A stretch of 64,000 nt of DNA from Bryobacterales bacterium (GCA_965217195.1 CBDCHL010000003.1:1053260-1117259); one strand, 5' to 3'. Positions 26,007 through 38,179 are shown, counted from the first letter of the stretch. Numbers and translations are program-made. Notes: generated by a model not told the origin, from the letters alone.

Positions 26007-28274
26007 TTATTGCCCGTCGGCGGTCTGTGGTCGGCGGACGACAGCCTTGCCCGCGGCGACGTTGCCTCGGCTATCGCGGATGCGGACAGCGACAGTGTGC
26101 TCGCTGCCATCGACCTCGGCGGTTTCGAAGTCGAATGACAGGCTGCCCGAGTCAAACAGACGCGTCGTGGGTATGACGGCGGTCCACTCGCCTCCATCTA
26201 TCGAGTATTCAGCCCGTCTAATCTTGGAAGCATCGTCGGCCGCATCCAACCGAACACGGAGTCGCGTGCCAACTCGTTCGGCGGACAGGTTGGAAAGAGC
26301 CGGCGCGCTATTGTCGATCAGGAACGGCTCACTCGTGCGTGAATCGGTCTGCGCTTGGCCATGGGGATTCGATAGCCGGTCGGAAGCCGTCACGCGCACG
26401 CGGTACCGGCCGTCAGCGAAAGCCGTCGAATCCCAGCTATGGTAATCGCTTTCCAGCTCATCGTCGAGAACCTTCCACTCTGACTCGGACTCACCTCGTA
26501 TTTCCAGCCGATACGTCAATTTGTCTTGATTGGCGTCGCGAGCGGCCCAACGGGCGCCTATGTGGCCGTTTTCCCGAGTTACGGCATGGGGCTTCTTAGG
26601 CCGCACCGGGGGCTTGGCCGGGGGCTTTGCGCCGAGCGGCGGGAGATTCCGATTGCGAACCACATTTGGCTTTGGCGGTGTCACAAAGCGAAGGTCGGGC
26701 CCGACCATCTCCAGATGAGTAAGGCGCGGAGCGATATTCTTGGGCAGATAGTACAAGCGAACCGATTCCACCAGAGGAGAGTCACCTCCGGCCGTCGGTT
26801 TGAGCGTCGCGCGCCATTGAACGAAACGGGAGGCCGGGGAGCCTGCCGGGCCGCCGTCCGCCTCCGTGATCGGCGCCGACCAGTCGCTCCAGTTGCGAGC
26901 CGTTCCGCGTAGGTTGCCGCTGCGCGTCGAGACGGTAACGCCTGCGGAGCGGGCGTCGACTCCGCGCCACTCAATTCGGCCCCATTCCGAAAAAATCTTC
27001 GCGTCGAAGGGGTCACTGGTGAAAGTCCCTTCGGCGGCGGTCGCTGGGCCAAGCTCGTAGAGTGCGCCAACATTGGCGGTTGCTGTGAAGAGTCGGCCGC
27101 TGGGGCCGGCAGCTAGAGCAGTGATCTGCTTGGACGTGGTCGAAAGCACTAGGGACCACACGGTCTCCGAATCCAGCCGCAAAAGGCGGCCTCGATCGCC
27201 CGAACCAATCACGAGTTTGCCGGCCGGGTCGAGGGCAAGGGCGTACACGATCTCTTTATCGGAGCGCCAAACGACTTCCGGTTGGCCGTCGGAACGGATG
27301 CGATAGACTTCGCTTCCGCCTTTGATCTTGGTCTTCGCGGCAGCTGTGGGCGGGACCGAAGGACGGGGTTGCGCCGTTACGGTGACGGTTCCCGGCATCA
27401 AGGCAGCCCCTCGGGCCGGAGCCGCGGCGGGCGCGGGGACAGCCGTCGGAGGAGGTCGTGGTGCGGCGGACTTACGATTTCCCACGCCGGCTGCATAGAC
27501 GGTCCCGTCCGGTGCTCGGACGAGCGCGGTGATCTCTTTCTTGGCGCTCTGGTAGAGGACGAACCCCCGCGGTTCGGCGTCGGCGGAGTCTCGGGAAACC
27601 CGCAGAATCAGGCCCCCGGGGTCGGTCCCGACGACTAAAGCTCCGTCGTCGGCGACCGCAATCGCGCGCACGTGGGTTTGCTCGGTATCGAAATAGAGCG
27701 CTCCCTCGCCGGAGGGAGGGACTCGAAAGATACGTCCCTTGGAACCACATGCTAGAAAGAGGTTGCCTTCGGTGTCGAAAGCCATGTCCCATATGTAATC
27801 GACGTCGGGATCGAAGAACACCGAAGCGTTGCCTTCCGAGTCAATCTTGAACACTTTGGCGTCCGGGGAAGCGGCGGCATAAACGTGGTCGCCCGGTCCG
27901 ACGGCGAGAGCGTGGATTGTTACCGCCTCGGTCTCGAACAGTGTCGTTGCCTCGCCGTCGGGCGTGACGCGGAGGACTTTGGCTTCGGGACCGGTGCCGG
28001 CGTACAGGTTGCCGCGGCTGTCTACCGCCATTGCCTGAAAGTAAGAGGACGGTGCTTTGTGGAGTTCGCGCAGCTGCGGGGCGAGGAGCAGTTTGCCGTC
28101 GCTGCGGATTGAGATACCTTCAGCCCGTCCTTCTTGGAAGTGAGCAAAAGTGGTTTGATCCCAGGTCTTGGTCGTTTCTGCGAGGGCTGCCGCACCGAGC
28201 AGGAACAAGCATGCGGCGGTCAGGCCTTTAACAGTAGTCTTGCCAGGGACCTGAATTGCGAAGTGTCTTGTCAC
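26007..28274 (-). CDS. Secreted beta-propeller repeat protein with a Pro-rich insert and C-terminal Ig/FN3-like domains
   Basis: The GTG start (28272-28274) overlaps the upstream gene's stop (GTGA). Signal peptide (ACLFLLGAAALA). Recurrent blades fit the pattern G-LY-A-G...G-I-RV. The C-terminal beta-rich modules read YRLEIRGESESEWKVL and YRVRVTASD. Confidence 0.7.
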   Translation of the reverse strand: MTRHFAIQVPGKTTVKGLTAACLFLLGAAALAETTKTWDQTTFAHFQEGRAEGISIRSDGKLLLAPQLRELHKAPSSYFQAMAVDSRGNLYAGTGPEAKVLRVTPDGEATTLFETEAVTIHALAVGPGDHVYAAASPDAKVFKIDSEGNASVFFDPDVDYIWDMAFDTEGNLFLACGSKGRIFRVPPSGEGALYFDTEQTHVRAIAVADDGALVVGTDPGGLILRVSRDSADAEPRGFVLYQSAKKEITALVRAPDGTVYAAGVGNRKSAAPRPPPTAVPAPAAAPARGAALMPGTVTVTAQPRPSVPPTAAAKTKIKGGSEVYRIRSDGQPEVVWRSDKEIVYALALDPAGKLVIGSGDRGRLLRLDSETVWSLVLSTTSKQITALAAGPSGRLFTATANVGALYELGPATAAEGTFTSDPFDAKIFSEWGRIEWRGVDARSAGVTVSTRSGNLRGTARNWSDWSAPITEADGGPAGSPASRFVQWRATLKPTAGGDSPLVESVRLYYLPKNIAPRLTHLEMVGPDLRFVTPPKPNVVRNRNLPPLGAKPPAKPPVRPKKPHAVTRENGHIGARWAARDANQDKLTYRLEIRGESESEWKVLDDELESDYHSWDSTAFADGRYRVRVTASDRLSNPHGQAQTDSRTSEPFLIDNSAPALSNLSAERVGTRLRVRLDAADDASKIRRAEYSIDGGEWTAVIPTTRLFDSGSLSFDFETAEVDGSEHTVAVRIRDSRGNVAAGKAVVRRPQTADGQ

Positions 28275-30181
28275 TGGACCTCGATGTCGATCGTTTGGCG
28301 GCCGCTGACAATGGAATCAAACGACATGACGCTCTGATCGAGCATCGACTCGCGCTCGACGAAAAGCCTGCGGCTCGCCGTGCCTTGCATCACGTTGAGC
28401 ACCGTCTGTGGAACGTTCGGCAGCGTCTTATCGTCGAGGTAACCCGTGGCTTCCGGACGCCGCAACGTCACGAATAGCTGATGGTTGCCGTGTTCCTTGT
28501 TCAATAAAGATACGGTTTCAGACAGAGACATCAAGCGATTCCGAGCCCCGGCCATGCGTGTGCCGCGGTCCAGGGTTTGGGCGTCGCTGATGAGAACGCG
28601 CAATCGGCCCTTCGGTGCGCTGGCGGGAATACTGACTTCGAAAGAGCGTTCGATGGGGTCCCCGCGATAGGGACGCAACACGACGCTGCCCTTGACCTGC
28701 TCACCCGGGCGCACACGCGTGCGCTCGAGCCAGGCATTTTCGAGAAGAGCCAAGCGGCGCTTCGGAAGCAAGTCTACGGTCAGGTCAACACTCTCGATCC
28801 GCGGAGTCTCTCCAGTGCCGGCAAACACGCGCTGCACTTTGTTTCCGACCCAACCGGCGAGCAGCAGGGGCGGCGGGACGGGCTGTGGGGACGAAGTCCG
28901 CATGGTCTCGAGCGAGACGCGGTGCGAACCCTCGAAATTAATCTCGCCGCTGAGTCGGAAGGTGCTCTCATCGGCGAAGTCGTTGAGGCCGTAGATAGAG
29001 TTGAACAGGGTGAAAACGATTAGGGGCGGAGTCCAGCGGCGGTTTTGAAAAACGTCACACGCAATGTTCTTCTCGCGAAGCAATCGCCCGTTGTCGTCAA
29101 AGCGCCGAACGCCGATCCGAATGGGGATCATCGGCGCTTCCTCGCCCATCACGCCGAGGATGCCCGATTTGCGATCTTGCCGCAACGCGCCGACAATCTC
29201 TCCGGCATTCGCGATCTTGACGGGATTCAACTGCGACGCTAAGACGGTGATTACATCCGCCGCGGCCATCGGCATGGCTACAGGGCCCAGCTGGAACATC
29301 CCGTGACCGAAGGCGAGCACGCGCTTGCCGTCGTTGTAGGTGACCGTACCGAGGCCGCTGGCCGATAGGTCACCCGAAACCAACACAGCGGCAATCGGGC
29401 TGCCCGGATTGAGGTCCCTCGAGCCGTTGCCGCTAATCGAACCTGAGCTCCCGGTCGAACCGCCCTGCATGACGGCTACACCCGCACGTCGGAAGTAGCC
29501 GCGAAAGATATCCAACACGCCTTGATGAAAGCCGGAAAAAGTCAGCGGGGTCTCGATCGCGGTGATGTAGGAGTCAGCGGGTGCCTCGGCGTTCCGGGCA
29601 TCCCAGATTGCGCGGGCCAGATCGGGGACGACCGCGGGTAGAGCTTGGGCGAGATGGGGGTCGGCGTCCGGGTTCAATTCGGAATCGAATTCCTGCTCGG
29701 GTGCCTGCGCTTGGATCGGGCGCCCCTGGTCGAGCTCATCGATTTGCAGCATCAACTCGATCGGGGTGATCCCGGCAATCGAGTCAGGCGAGAAGGTGCT
29801 GAAGCGGAGCGAGATCGCGCCCATCAGCTTGCCGTCGAAGTACACCGGGCTGCCGCTCATCCCGCCCGCAACATTGGTGCGTTCGGCCTTGCCGCCCAGC
29901 TTGGCCATGATGATGTGCTGCCCCGGCCCCCAGGAATTTCGCATGATGCCCAAGACCTTGACGGGGACCGATTCGGCTTTATGCCCGGTAAACACGGTCC
30001 ACGCAACAGCTTCCATGCCGGGGGTGACTTCGTCGAGGGGAAGGATTTCGACCGGCCCGGCTTTGGGCGGTTCCGCCGCCGTAGCGCCGACGGCCGTGAG
30101 AAGAACTAGGCCGATGCAGAGGCGGAGCGATCCGCGGGCTGGGGCTCTTCGATTGCGATATCCAAAAGACTCAAGAGTCAT
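28271..30181 (-). CDS. Peptidase S55 (SpoIVB-like) domain protein
   Basis: GMSGSPVYFDGKLMGAIS matches the SpoIVB serine-nucleophile context (GMSGSPI). GTVTYNDGKRVLAFGHGM is a second SpoIVB-like block. I prefer ATG 30179-30181 (MTLESF... then the hydrophobic LCIGLVLLTAVGATAA). The track start at 30364 adds an Arg-rich extension. Confidence 0.7.
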   Translation of the reverse strand: MTLESFGYRNRRAPARGSLRLCIGLVLLTAVGATAAEPPKAGPVEILPLDEVTPGMEAVAWTVFTGHKAESVPVKVLGIMRNSWGPGQHIIMAKLGGKAERTNVAGGMSGSPVYFDGKLMGAISLRFSTFSPDSIAGITPIELMLQIDELDQGRPIQAQAPEQEFDSELNPDADPHLAQALPAVVPDLARAIWDARNAEAPADSYITAIETPLTFSGFHQGVLDIFRGYFRRAGVAVMQGGSTGSSGSISGNGSRDLNPGSPIAAVLVSGDLSASGLGTVTYNDGKRVLAFGHGMFQLGPVAMPMAAADVITVLASQLNPVKIANAGEIVGALRQDRKSGILGVMGEEAPMIPIRIGVRRFDDNGRLLREKNIACDVFQNRRWTPPLIVFTLFNSIYGLNDFADESTFRLSGEINFEGSHRVSLETMRTSSPQPVPPPLLLAGWVGNKVQRVFAGTGETPRIESVDLTVDLLPKRRLALLENAWLERTRVRPGEQVKGSVVLRPYRGDPIERSFEVSIPASAPKGRLRVLISDAQTLDRGTRMAGARNRLMSLSETVSLLNKEHGNHQLFVTLRRPEATGYLDDKTLPNVPQTVLNVMQGTASRRLFVERESMLDQSVMSFDSIVSGRQTIDIEVQ

Positions 30182-30425
30182 ATACGGGCCATTCTTTCCC
30201 CCATTAGGTATAACACGCGGATAGGCGGTCATTACGTTCCGAGAGTAGCTATCGGCACGGCCGGACAGCGACCCGAGGGTCAGGGGACGACTTGCAGGTC
30301 TTGGCGCAGTTGATTTAGCTCGGCGTGCAGGACGGATTGGCCGTCTTGATAGGCGTGCAAACACGGCGAATTAGAGACCGCGCTTACGCCTAGGGTGACT
30401 TCGTGTGAAGCGATGTGCAAACCCT

Positions 30426-33400
30426 CTAGTCGCCCGAAGCCGGTTGCGGATGCAAATCGACGTGCGCCTGTCGGCGCTCGGCGGCTTTTTCGGCACGCTC
30501 TTCGAGCATCATGTAGATCACCGGCATGATGACCAGCGTGATGAGCGTCGAGGTGGTCAGTCCGCCGATGACGACGCGGGCCATCGGGGCCTGCATCTCG
30601 CCTCCCTCGCCGAGGCCGAGGGCCATGGGCGTGAGGCCGAGAATGGTCGTGATTGTTGTCATCAGAATCGGGCGTAGGCGGCGCCGTCCGGCGGTCACGA
30701 CGGCTTCGCGAAGGGAGTAGTTGCTCTCCCGCCGCAGCAGGTTCGTGTAGTCGATCAGCACAATCGCGTTGTTGACGACGATACCCACCAAGACGATAAT
30801 GCCGAGGAACCCCTGAATGTTGAAGGTGGTCCCGGTAAGCAGCAAGATCAGGATCACGCCAATGGCCGCGAGCGGAACCGAGAAAAGAATGATGAAGGGG
30901 TCGCGCAGCGATTCAAACTGCGAGGCCATGACCATATAGACCAGCACCAGGGCTAACAGAGCGGCGAAGAGCATGGCCAGGAAGGCCTCTTGCTGCTCTT
31001 CCCATTCGCCGCCGAAACGAATCTCATAGCCTTCGGGCTTGGGAAGTTTCACAAAAGCCGCTTGCAAGTCGCCGACGATGCTGCCGAGGTCACGGTCGGC
31101 GATGGTGCCGCTGATCGTGATGATGCGCTGCTGGTCGGCGCGGTTGATTTCGATCGGGCCTTCCTGGCGCTTCATTTGCACGATGCTCTCGGCGGGCAGC
31201 GTGCGGCCGCCGGGAGTCGTAATCGGAATCTGTCCCACGTTTTCCAGCGCCAGGCGGTCTTTTTCCTGTAGGCGCACGACAATGTCGTACTCGTCGCCTT
31301 CCTCGCGATAGAAGGACGCCCGCGTGCCTCCGATGGCGGTTTCGAGCGTGTCGGCGACCTCGGAGACCCGCAAACCGAGGCTCGACGCCTTGGCGCGATC
31401 AACGGTGACGACCATCTCGGGTTGGCCCGGACGCAGGCTGACTTGCGAGCTGGTGACGCCGGGGGTCGACATCATGATATTGCGGACTTGATTCGCTAGG
31501 TTTTGCGCGACTTCGACCTGATGTCCACGAATTTCGACCGAGAGTCGATCACCGTCTCCGCCACCGAAGCTGGTCATGCGGCGGATGAAGCTGCCGCTGA
31601 CGCGGGTGCGAACCATCATGCCGGGCCGGGGCCGGACGAGGGTCCGAATTTGCGCGGCGACCTCTTGCGCCGAGCGATCGCGCTCGGCGTGGGGGACGAG
31701 CTGGATACGCAGCGACCCCCTATTCATGCCACTGGGCCGGAAGGGGCTGGGGTTGGTGCCGGATTCGCTCGAGACCGTTTCGACTTCGGGGATCTCGCGG
31801 ACGGCTTTCGAAATCTCCTGCACGATGGCGTCGGTGACGTCGACGTGGGTGCCGGGTTCGAGCTCGAGCGAAACGCGAACCTCGCCCTCGTCGGCCTCCG
31901 GTTGTAGCTCGACGCCGACATAGGGCGCCAAGTAGATCGCGCCGGCAAAGACCGCGGCGGCGGCGGCCACAACGGTCTTACGGTGGTCGACGGCCCAGGA
32001 GATGACGTGCGCGTAGCGGTCTTCAAGCGCTGTGTGAATCCGCCCGATTAGCCGGACTAAGCCCGAACGGCGCTGCTCGTCGGAGGCGGTGCCCAGGAAC
32101 CGGGAGCACAAAGTGGGCACCACGGTCAGGGCGATGACCAAAGAGCAGAGCAGCGAGAACGAAACGACATAGGCGAGCTGCTGGAAGTTCTGCGCCGCGA
32201 TGCCGCCCATGAACAGCACGGGAACGAAAACGGCGATCGTGGTCAGCGTGGAGGCGGTGATCGCCGTGCCGACTTCGCGGCTGCCGTGCAGCGAGGCTTG
32301 TTGCAGGCTCTTGCCTTGTTCGCGGTGGCGGAAGATGTTTTCGAGAACGACGATGGAATTGTCGACCAACATCCCGACGCCGAGCGCCAGCCCGCCGAAG
32401 GAAATGATGTTCAGAGTGAAGCCGTTGAAGTACATCAGCGCGAAAGTCGTGATGACCGAGACCGGGATCGCCACGCCGATGATGGCCGTGCTCGAGACGC
32501 TGCGCAGGAAAAAGAACAGCACAAAGACCGCAAGCCCGGAGCCCATTAAGGCCGCGTCGCGGAGATTCGAAATTGCGCCGCGAATGAACTTGGACTGGTC
32601 GAACATGGCGGTGACGTGGATGTTCGGGTAGTCGCGGTGGATGCGCTCGACCTCTTCCCAAACCGCGTCGGACACCTTGACCGTATTAGCCCCGGACTGC
32701 TTGTAGACCATCATGTTGACGGCCGAGCGTCCGTTGACGGTGACGTAATAGCGAATGTCCTCGTACGAGTCTTCGACCGTGGCGATGTCGCGCAGGTAAA
32801 CCGGTACGCCGTTGCGGGTGGTGACGCTGACCTTGAGAATGTCGCCGACGTTGGTGAATTCGCCGTTGGTGCGCAGCAGGACTTCGTAGCGCCCCTCGCG
32901 CACCGGGCCGACCGGGCGGTTCAGGTTTTCGTTGCGGACCGTGCGGACGACTTCGGCGACCGAGAGGTCGAGGGCGCGCAGTTTCTTGAGGTCGAGATTG
33001 ACGTGAATCTGGCGTCGCAGGCCGCCGCGCACGGTGAACTGCGCCACGCCGGGAACGCGTTCCATGCGGTATTGCAGATTCTTTTCGGTGTAGTGCCGCA
33101 GTTGGCGGGAATCCATGTCGTCGGCGGAAACCGCCATATACAAGATCGGGAACTGCGTGGCGTCGAACTTGAAAATCGTCGGCGGGTCCATGTCTTCGGG
33201 CAGAAGGGCCCGACGACGGTCCAGCCGCGTACGTAACTCATTGGCGGCTTCGTCGAGGTTCGTGTCGAAACTGAAACGAACGCGAATAAAGGAGCGGCCC
33301 TCGGTGGAACGGGAAGTGACTTCCTCGACCCCCGGGGCGGCGGCGAACGCTTCCTCGAGCGGGCGGGTTACGAGGGTTTCAATTTCCTCGGGGGCGACGC

Positions 33401-33557
33401 CTTCGTAGTCGGCGCTGATGCTGAGGGTCGGGAAGACGATGTCGGGCATCAGATCGACGGGGATCTCGACGAACGCCACCGCCCCGAGCAAAGTGGCCAT
33501 CAAGCATCCCATCAGCACCGTGACGGGCCGACGGACGGAAAAGTCGGGCAGGTTCAT
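30426..33557 (-). CDS. RND-family efflux transporter permease (HAE1 / AcrB-MdtC type), distal paralogue
   Basis: 1043 aa with 12-TM RND architecture and two large periplasmic loops. Conserved TM4 region [20 protein letters not shown]. Confidence 0.95.
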   Translation of the reverse strand: MNLPDFSVRRPVTVLMGCLMATLLGAVAFVEIPVDLMPDIVFPTLSISADYEGVAPEEIETLVTRPLEEAFAAAPGVEEVTSRSTEGRSFIRVRFSFDTNLDEAANELRTRLDRRRALLPEDMDPPTIFKFDATQFPILYMAVSADDMDSRQLRHYTEKNLQYRMERVPGVAQFTVRGGLRRQIHVNLDLKKLRALDLSVAEVVRTVRNENLNRPVGPVREGRYEVLLRTNGEFTNVGDILKVSVTTRNGVPVYLRDIATVEDSYEDIRYYVTVNGRSAVNMMVYKQSGANTVKVSDAVWEEVERIHRDYPNIHVTAMFDQSKFIRGAISNLRDAALMGSGLAVFVLFFFLRSVSSTAIIGVAIPVSVITTFALMYFNGFTLNIISFGGLALGVGMLVDNSIVVLENIFRHREQGKSLQQASLHGSREVGTAITASTLTTIAVFVPVLFMGGIAAQNFQQLAYVVSFSLLCSLVIALTVVPTLCSRFLGTASDEQRRSGLVRLIGRIHTALEDRYAHVISWAVDHRKTVVAAAAAVFAGAIYLAPYVGVELQPEADEGEVRVSLELEPGTHVDVTDAIVQEISKAVREIPEVETVSSESGTNPSPFRPSGMNRGSLRIQLVPHAERDRSAQEVAAQIRTLVRPRPGMMVRTRVSGSFIRRMTSFGGGDGDRLSVEIRGHQVEVAQNLANQVRNIMMSTPGVTSSQVSLRPGQPEMVVTVDRAKASSLGLRVSEVADTLETAIGGTRASFYREEGDEYDIVVRLQEKDRLALENVGQIPITTPGGRTLPAESIVQMKRQEGPIEINRADQQRIITISGTIADRDLGSIVGDLQAAFVKLPKPEGYEIRFGGEWEEQQEAFLAMLFAALLALVLVYMVMASQFESLRDPFIILFSVPLAAIGVILILLLTGTTFNIQGFLGIIVLVGIVVNNAIVLIDYTNLLRRESNYSLREAVVTAGRRRLRPILMTTITTILGLTPMALGLGEGGEMQAPMARVVIGGLTTSTLITLVIMPVIYMMLEERAEKAAERRQAHVDLHPQPASGD

Positions 33558-33618
33558 AACCGCTCCCTCTCCCCATGTTTAGATCTGCAATCCCGCATGC
33601 CGGCGAAACCCATGCAGG

Positions 33619-36600
33619 CTAATCCCCGGCGGATTCCACCGGGGCGAGGCCGGCGGCGGCTTCGCGCCGAACCGCGGCCCTTTCCGCTCTCTCCTCGAGC
33701 GTCATGTAGATGACCGGGATGACCACCAAGGTAATCAGCGTCGAGGTGGCCAGCCCGCCAATGACAACGCGCGCCATCGGCGCTTGCAGCTCACCGCCCT
33801 CGCCGAGGCCAAGGGCCATCGGCGCCAGGCCCAGGATGGTCGTAATCGTTGTCATCAAGATCGGCCGCAACCGCCGCGAGCCGGCCGTAATGACGGCTTC
33901 GCGCAAGTCCCAGCGCTCGTCGCGACGCAAACGGTTCGTGTAGTCGAGTAAGACGATCGCGTTGTTCACTACGATGCCGACTAGAACAATCACCCCGAGA
34001 AAGGCCTGAATGTTAAAGGTTGTCTCGGTCATGAACAGCATCAGTACGATGCCGATCAGCGCCAGCGGGACCGAGAACAAGATGATCAGCGGATCACGCA
34101 AAGACTCGAATTGCGCCGCCATCACCATGTAGACCAGGATCAGTGCAAGGATCGCCGCAAAAGTCATTTGTTGAAAGGCTTCTTGCTGCTCTTCGTACTC
34201 GCCGCCGAAAACGAACTCGTACCCCCTGGGGCGGTCGATGCGCCCGATGGATTCCTTCAAGTCGGCGACGACGCTTCCCAGGTCGCGGCCGGCAATTACG
34301 CCGCTCACGACGATGATGCGTTCCTGATCGGAGCGCGTAATTTCGAAGGGGCCTTCTTGACGGCGCATGCGCACGATGCTCTCGGCGGGAATCACGCTGC
34401 CGTCGGGCAAGGTGATGGGCACCTGGGGAACCTGGCCGACGTTCAAGCGGTCTTCTTCGCGCAAGCGCACCAGAATGTCGTATTCATCGCCTTGTTCGCG
34501 ATACATTGAGGCGCGCGTGCCGCCGATGGCCGTTTCGAGGGTCTCGGCGACTTCCGAGACCGCCAAGCCCATCGCCGTCGCCTTGGCGCGATCGACCGAG
34601 ATCAGCATTTCGGGAAAGCCGGGCTGTTGGCTGACGCGGGAGTTGCGGACGCCCTCAGTCGCCATCATGGTTTCGCGAACCCGCTCGGCCAACCCGCGCA
34701 TCACGAGCATGTCGTGACCGCGCACCTCGATGGTCAGCCGATCGTCGTCGCTGAAGCCACCGCGACGATGAAAGCCGCCGCTGACACGGGTGCGGATCAG
34801 CATACCCGGTTCGACGTGCATTAGGGGCCGCAGTATCTCGGCAATGTCGGCGGCTGAGCGATCCCGTTGGTCTTGATCGACCAACTCGATCCTTAACTCG
34901 CCTTCGTTGGTCCCCTCGGCGCGCCAAGTGCTCGCGCTACCGGCTTCGGTCATGATGTGCTTGACTTCGGGAACGTTGTCGCGCACGATCTGAGCGATAC
35001 GCTGAACGACCCCGTCGGTAACCTCGACGCGGGTCCCCGGTTCGAGGTCGAGGTTCACGCGAATCTGGCCCTCGTCAACTTCGGGTTGTAGCTCCACGCC
35101 GATCAGCGGAACCAGATAGACCGACCCGGAAAACAGCAGAACGGCGCTAGCGATGACGGCGAACCGATGGTCGAGGGCACGGGCAATGACGTTGCCGTAG
35201 CCCTTCGCCAGCCCTTCCTGGAACTCTCCGATGCGGCGGCCCACTGCGTTCCGCCCAATAGCCTTGCCGGACCCCAGAAAGCGGGAGCACAGCATCGGCA
35301 CGACGGTAATCGCAATCACCAGCGAGCAAAACAGCGCGAAGGAAATCACCCAGGCCAACTGCTTGAACGTTTGCGCCGATACGCCGCCCATGAACAGGAC
35401 CGGGACAAAAACGGCTATCGTCGTCAGCGTCGAGGCCGTGATGGCGGTGGCGACTTCCTTGCTGCCCATCACGGCGGCCTGCTTGATCTCGCGGCCCTGT
35501 TCGCGGTGCCGGAAGATGCTCTCGAGCACAACGATAGCGTTATCCACCAACATCCCCACACCCAACGCCAAGCCCCCGAAAGAGACGATGTTCAACGTGA
35601 AGCCATTGAAGAACATCAGCGCGAACGTCGCGATAACGGAAACAGGAATGGCGATGCCGATGATTAGGGTGCTGGTGAGGCTCCGCAGGAAAAACAGCAA
35701 CACGACCACGGCCAGCCCGCCGCCGGCCAATGTCGCCTGCCGCACGTTACTTATCGCCGAGCGGATGAAGTTAGCCGTATCCCAAGGCGCCCCGACCGAG
35801 ACCGTCGGATAGTCTTCGTGAATGCGGCCGATTTCTTCGTGAACTCCCTCCGAAACCTTGACCGTATTCGCACCCGATTGCTTATAGACGAAGAGTCGAA
35901 CCGCCGGCTTGCCGTCGGCGGTAACAAGGTAACGCACGTCTTCGTGGGAGTCCTCGACCGTGGCGATGTCGCGCAGGTAGACGGGAACACCGTTGCGATT
36001 AGCGACGCCGACGTCGAGAATGTCGCTGACGTTTTCAAATTCGCCGGCGGTGCGGAACAGCACTTCGTAACGGCCTTCCTTGACCGGGCCCACGGGCCGA
36101 TTGATGTTCTCTCGCCGCAATGTGGCTACGACCCGGGCGGTGGAGAGGTTAAGTGCCCGCAGCTTTTCCAGAGACAGATTGACGTGGATCTCGCGGCGCA
36201 GTCCGCCCGAAATCCGGGCCTGCGCAACCCCGCCGACGCGCTCAATGCGGTACTGGATTTGTTTCTCCGCGAAATGGCGCAGTTGCTTGGGATCCATCTC
36301 GTTCGACCCAATCGTGAGCGACATGATCGGGTATTGCGAGATGTCGTACTTGTAGACGGTTGGCGGGTCGATGTCGTCGGGAAGCATCGTGCGTCGGCGG
36401 TCGATGCGGGCGCGAATGTCGTTAGCCGCTTCGTCCAGGTCGGTGCCGTACAGAAAGCGGCAGCGCACCCCCGCGCGGCCTTCCGAAGCCGAAGAGGTTA
36501 TTTCTTCCATGCCGGGGGAGGCGGCCAATGCCTGCTCAAGCGGACGCGCGACGAGCGTCTCCATCTCTTCGGGTGCAACACCCTCGTAACCGACGTTGAC

Positions 36601-36738
36601 GCTGATCGTGGGGTATTCGGTCTCCGGCATCAGATCGACCGGGATCCGAACAAAGGCGATGCCACCAAGCAACAGGGCGATCAGACAACCCATCAGAACG
36701 GTGACCGGCCGGCTGATGGAGAATTCCGGAAGGCTCAT
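33619..36738 (-). CDS. RND-family efflux transporter permease (HAE1 / AcrB-MdtB type), proximal paralogue
   Basis: 1039 aa, colinear with the downstream paralogue and visibly very similar over the first 300 aa (roughly two-thirds identical by eye). [20 protein letters not shown]. Confidence 0.95.
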   Translation of the reverse strand: MSLPEFSISRPVTVLMGCLIALLLGGIAFVRIPVDLMPETEYPTISVNVGYEGVAPEEMETLVARPLEQALAASPGMEEITSSASEGRAGVRCRFLYGTDLDEAANDIRARIDRRRTMLPDDIDPPTVYKYDISQYPIMSLTIGSNEMDPKQLRHFAEKQIQYRIERVGGVAQARISGGLRREIHVNLSLEKLRALNLSTARVVATLRRENINRPVGPVKEGRYEVLFRTAGEFENVSDILDVGVANRNGVPVYLRDIATVEDSHEDVRYLVTADGKPAVRLFVYKQSGANTVKVSEGVHEEIGRIHEDYPTVSVGAPWDTANFIRSAISNVRQATLAGGGLAVVVLLFFLRSLTSTLIIGIAIPVSVIATFALMFFNGFTLNIVSFGGLALGVGMLVDNAIVVLESIFRHREQGREIKQAAVMGSKEVATAITASTLTTIAVFVPVLFMGGVSAQTFKQLAWVISFALFCSLVIAITVVPMLCSRFLGSGKAIGRNAVGRRIGEFQEGLAKGYGNVIARALDHRFAVIASAVLLFSGSVYLVPLIGVELQPEVDEGQIRVNLDLEPGTRVEVTDGVVQRIAQIVRDNVPEVKHIMTEAGSASTWRAEGTNEGELRIELVDQDQRDRSAADIAEILRPLMHVEPGMLIRTRVSGGFHRRGGFSDDDRLTIEVRGHDMLVMRGLAERVRETMMATEGVRNSRVSQQPGFPEMLISVDRAKATAMGLAVSEVAETLETAIGGTRASMYREQGDEYDILVRLREEDRLNVGQVPQVPITLPDGSVIPAESIVRMRRQEGPFEITRSDQERIIVVSGVIAGRDLGSVVADLKESIGRIDRPRGYEFVFGGEYEEQQEAFQQMTFAAILALILVYMVMAAQFESLRDPLIILFSVPLALIGIVLMLFMTETTFNIQAFLGVIVLVGIVVNNAIVLLDYTNRLRRDERWDLREAVITAGSRRLRPILMTTITTILGLAPMALGLGEGGELQAPMARVVIGGLATSTLITLVVIPVIYMTLEERAERAAVRREAAAGLAPVESAGD

Positions 36739-36744
36739 GCGGAG

Positions 36745-37992
36745 TTAGCCCCTGGGCGCTTTGCGGCCGGCGGGTTGCCCGGCGGCGTCCGTTGACCTTT
36801 TGCCCGCGGGGGATCCCTTCTTTGCACCGCCCTGGGAGGCCGTCCCTGCGGAGCGGATGCGGTCGCCCTCGCGGAGCATCGTGGCGCCGCGGCCGACGAT
36901 CTTCACGCCCGCGTCGAGGTTCGCCAAGACTTCAACTTGGTCTTCGCGCGTCAAGCCGGTTTCGATCGGGCGGAATGTCGGCAGGCTCCCATCAAGCACA
37001 TAGACACCCGGCTGCGTACCTCGATAGACCAAGCCGGCACGAGGGATCAGCACAGCTTCGCGGGAAGTGCCCAAATCCAACTCGATGCGTGTGAACATCT
37101 CCGCCTTAAGAACATTGCCCGGATTGGAAATATCGATTTCGATTAGCGCGCTGCGCGTCGCGGCATCGAGAACCGGTGCGATACGCGCGATGCGGCCCTC
37201 GAAACCCCGCTCGGGAATGGCGTCCACTCGAATGACAGCTTCGTTGCCGACGCGGAGCCGGCCGATGTTTCGTTCCGGAACGTTGCCCTGGGTAACCATA
37301 GTCGAAAGATTGACGATGCGCATCACCGGCGTGTTCGGACTGACCAGCGCGCCGACATCGACATAGCGATTGGCCACAATGCCGCTCATCGGAGCGTATA
37401 TCTTGGCTTGAGCCAGCCGAATCTTCAACTCGCTCAACTCGGCTTCGGCCTGTTGCTGTTGCGCTTTGGCGAGCTGCACTTGAGCATTGACGACCGCGAC
37501 CCCGGTTTTGCGAGCGTCATAGTCTTGCGGAGACAGAAGCTTCTCGTCAAAAAGCCGTTCGGCCCTTTCGAGTTCGGCCTTGACGTTGTCGCGCTCGGCC
37601 CGGCGCTGCTCGAGGGACGCTGTCGTTACCGAGATACTGGCGACTGCCCGGTTGACCTGCTGCCGCAGCTCGTCGTCATCGAGTTCGGCGACCAGGGTCC
37701 CGCTCTTGACGGAGTCGCCGACATGGAAATAGAGTTTCTCGACACGGCCCTGAGCCTTCGGGCTGACGTCGACTGCTTCCTTTGCCTTTAGAGATCCGGT
37801 GAGCAAGAGATTCTCGCGGACCATACCGACGCGAGATTCAACGACGTCGACGCTGACGACGCGCCCGCCGGGCCTTTTCTTTTTCGCCGCCCTGTCCGCA
37901 TCCTGGCGGGCCTCATAGACCCGCGTGCCGATCAGGAAAACCAGCGCGACGCCGATCAGAATTCCGACGATTCTCTTGGCCCAGATGTTCAC
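36745..37992 (-). CDS. RND efflux periplasmic adaptor (membrane fusion protein, HlyD family)
   Basis: GTG start, N-terminal anchor, lipoyl/barrel-sandwich halves flanking a coiled-coil hairpin (QLAKAQQQQAEAELSELKIRLAQAKIYAP), and a Gly/Ala/Lys-rich tail. Its stop lies 6 nt before the RND start. Confidence 0.9.
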   Translation of the reverse strand: MNIWAKRIVGILIGVALVFLIGTRVYEARQDADRAAKKKRPGGRVVSVDVVESRVGMVRENLLLTGSLKAKEAVDVSPKAQGRVEKLYFHVGDSVKSGTLVAELDDDELRQQVNRAVASISVTTASLEQRRAERDNVKAELERAERLFDEKLLSPQDYDARKTGVAVVNAQVQLAKAQQQQAEAELSELKIRLAQAKIYAPMSGIVANRYVDVGALVSPNTPVMRIVNLSTMVTQGNVPERNIGRLRVGNEAVIRVDAIPERGFEGRIARIAPVLDAATRSALIEIDISNPGNVLKAEMFTRIELDLGTSREAVLIPRAGLVYRGTQPGVYVLDGSLPTFRPIETGLTREDQVEVLANLDAGVKIVGRGATMLREGDRIRSAGTASQGGAKKGSPAGKRSTDAAGQPAGRKAPRG

Positions 37993-38179
37993 AGAATATG
38001 TCTCAATACTGCCAGAGTTCGGCCGATCGGGACCAAACTAACCCACTCAACCATTCTCATTATCGCCTCTACGGCTTCAAGACGCGTTTCGGACACAAAC
38101 CCGTCCGTCTAAGTAGGCGGTGAAAGAAGAACGATGGTTACTGGCGAAAATCGGACGAAACGGTCTCCACAGGCAGCGG

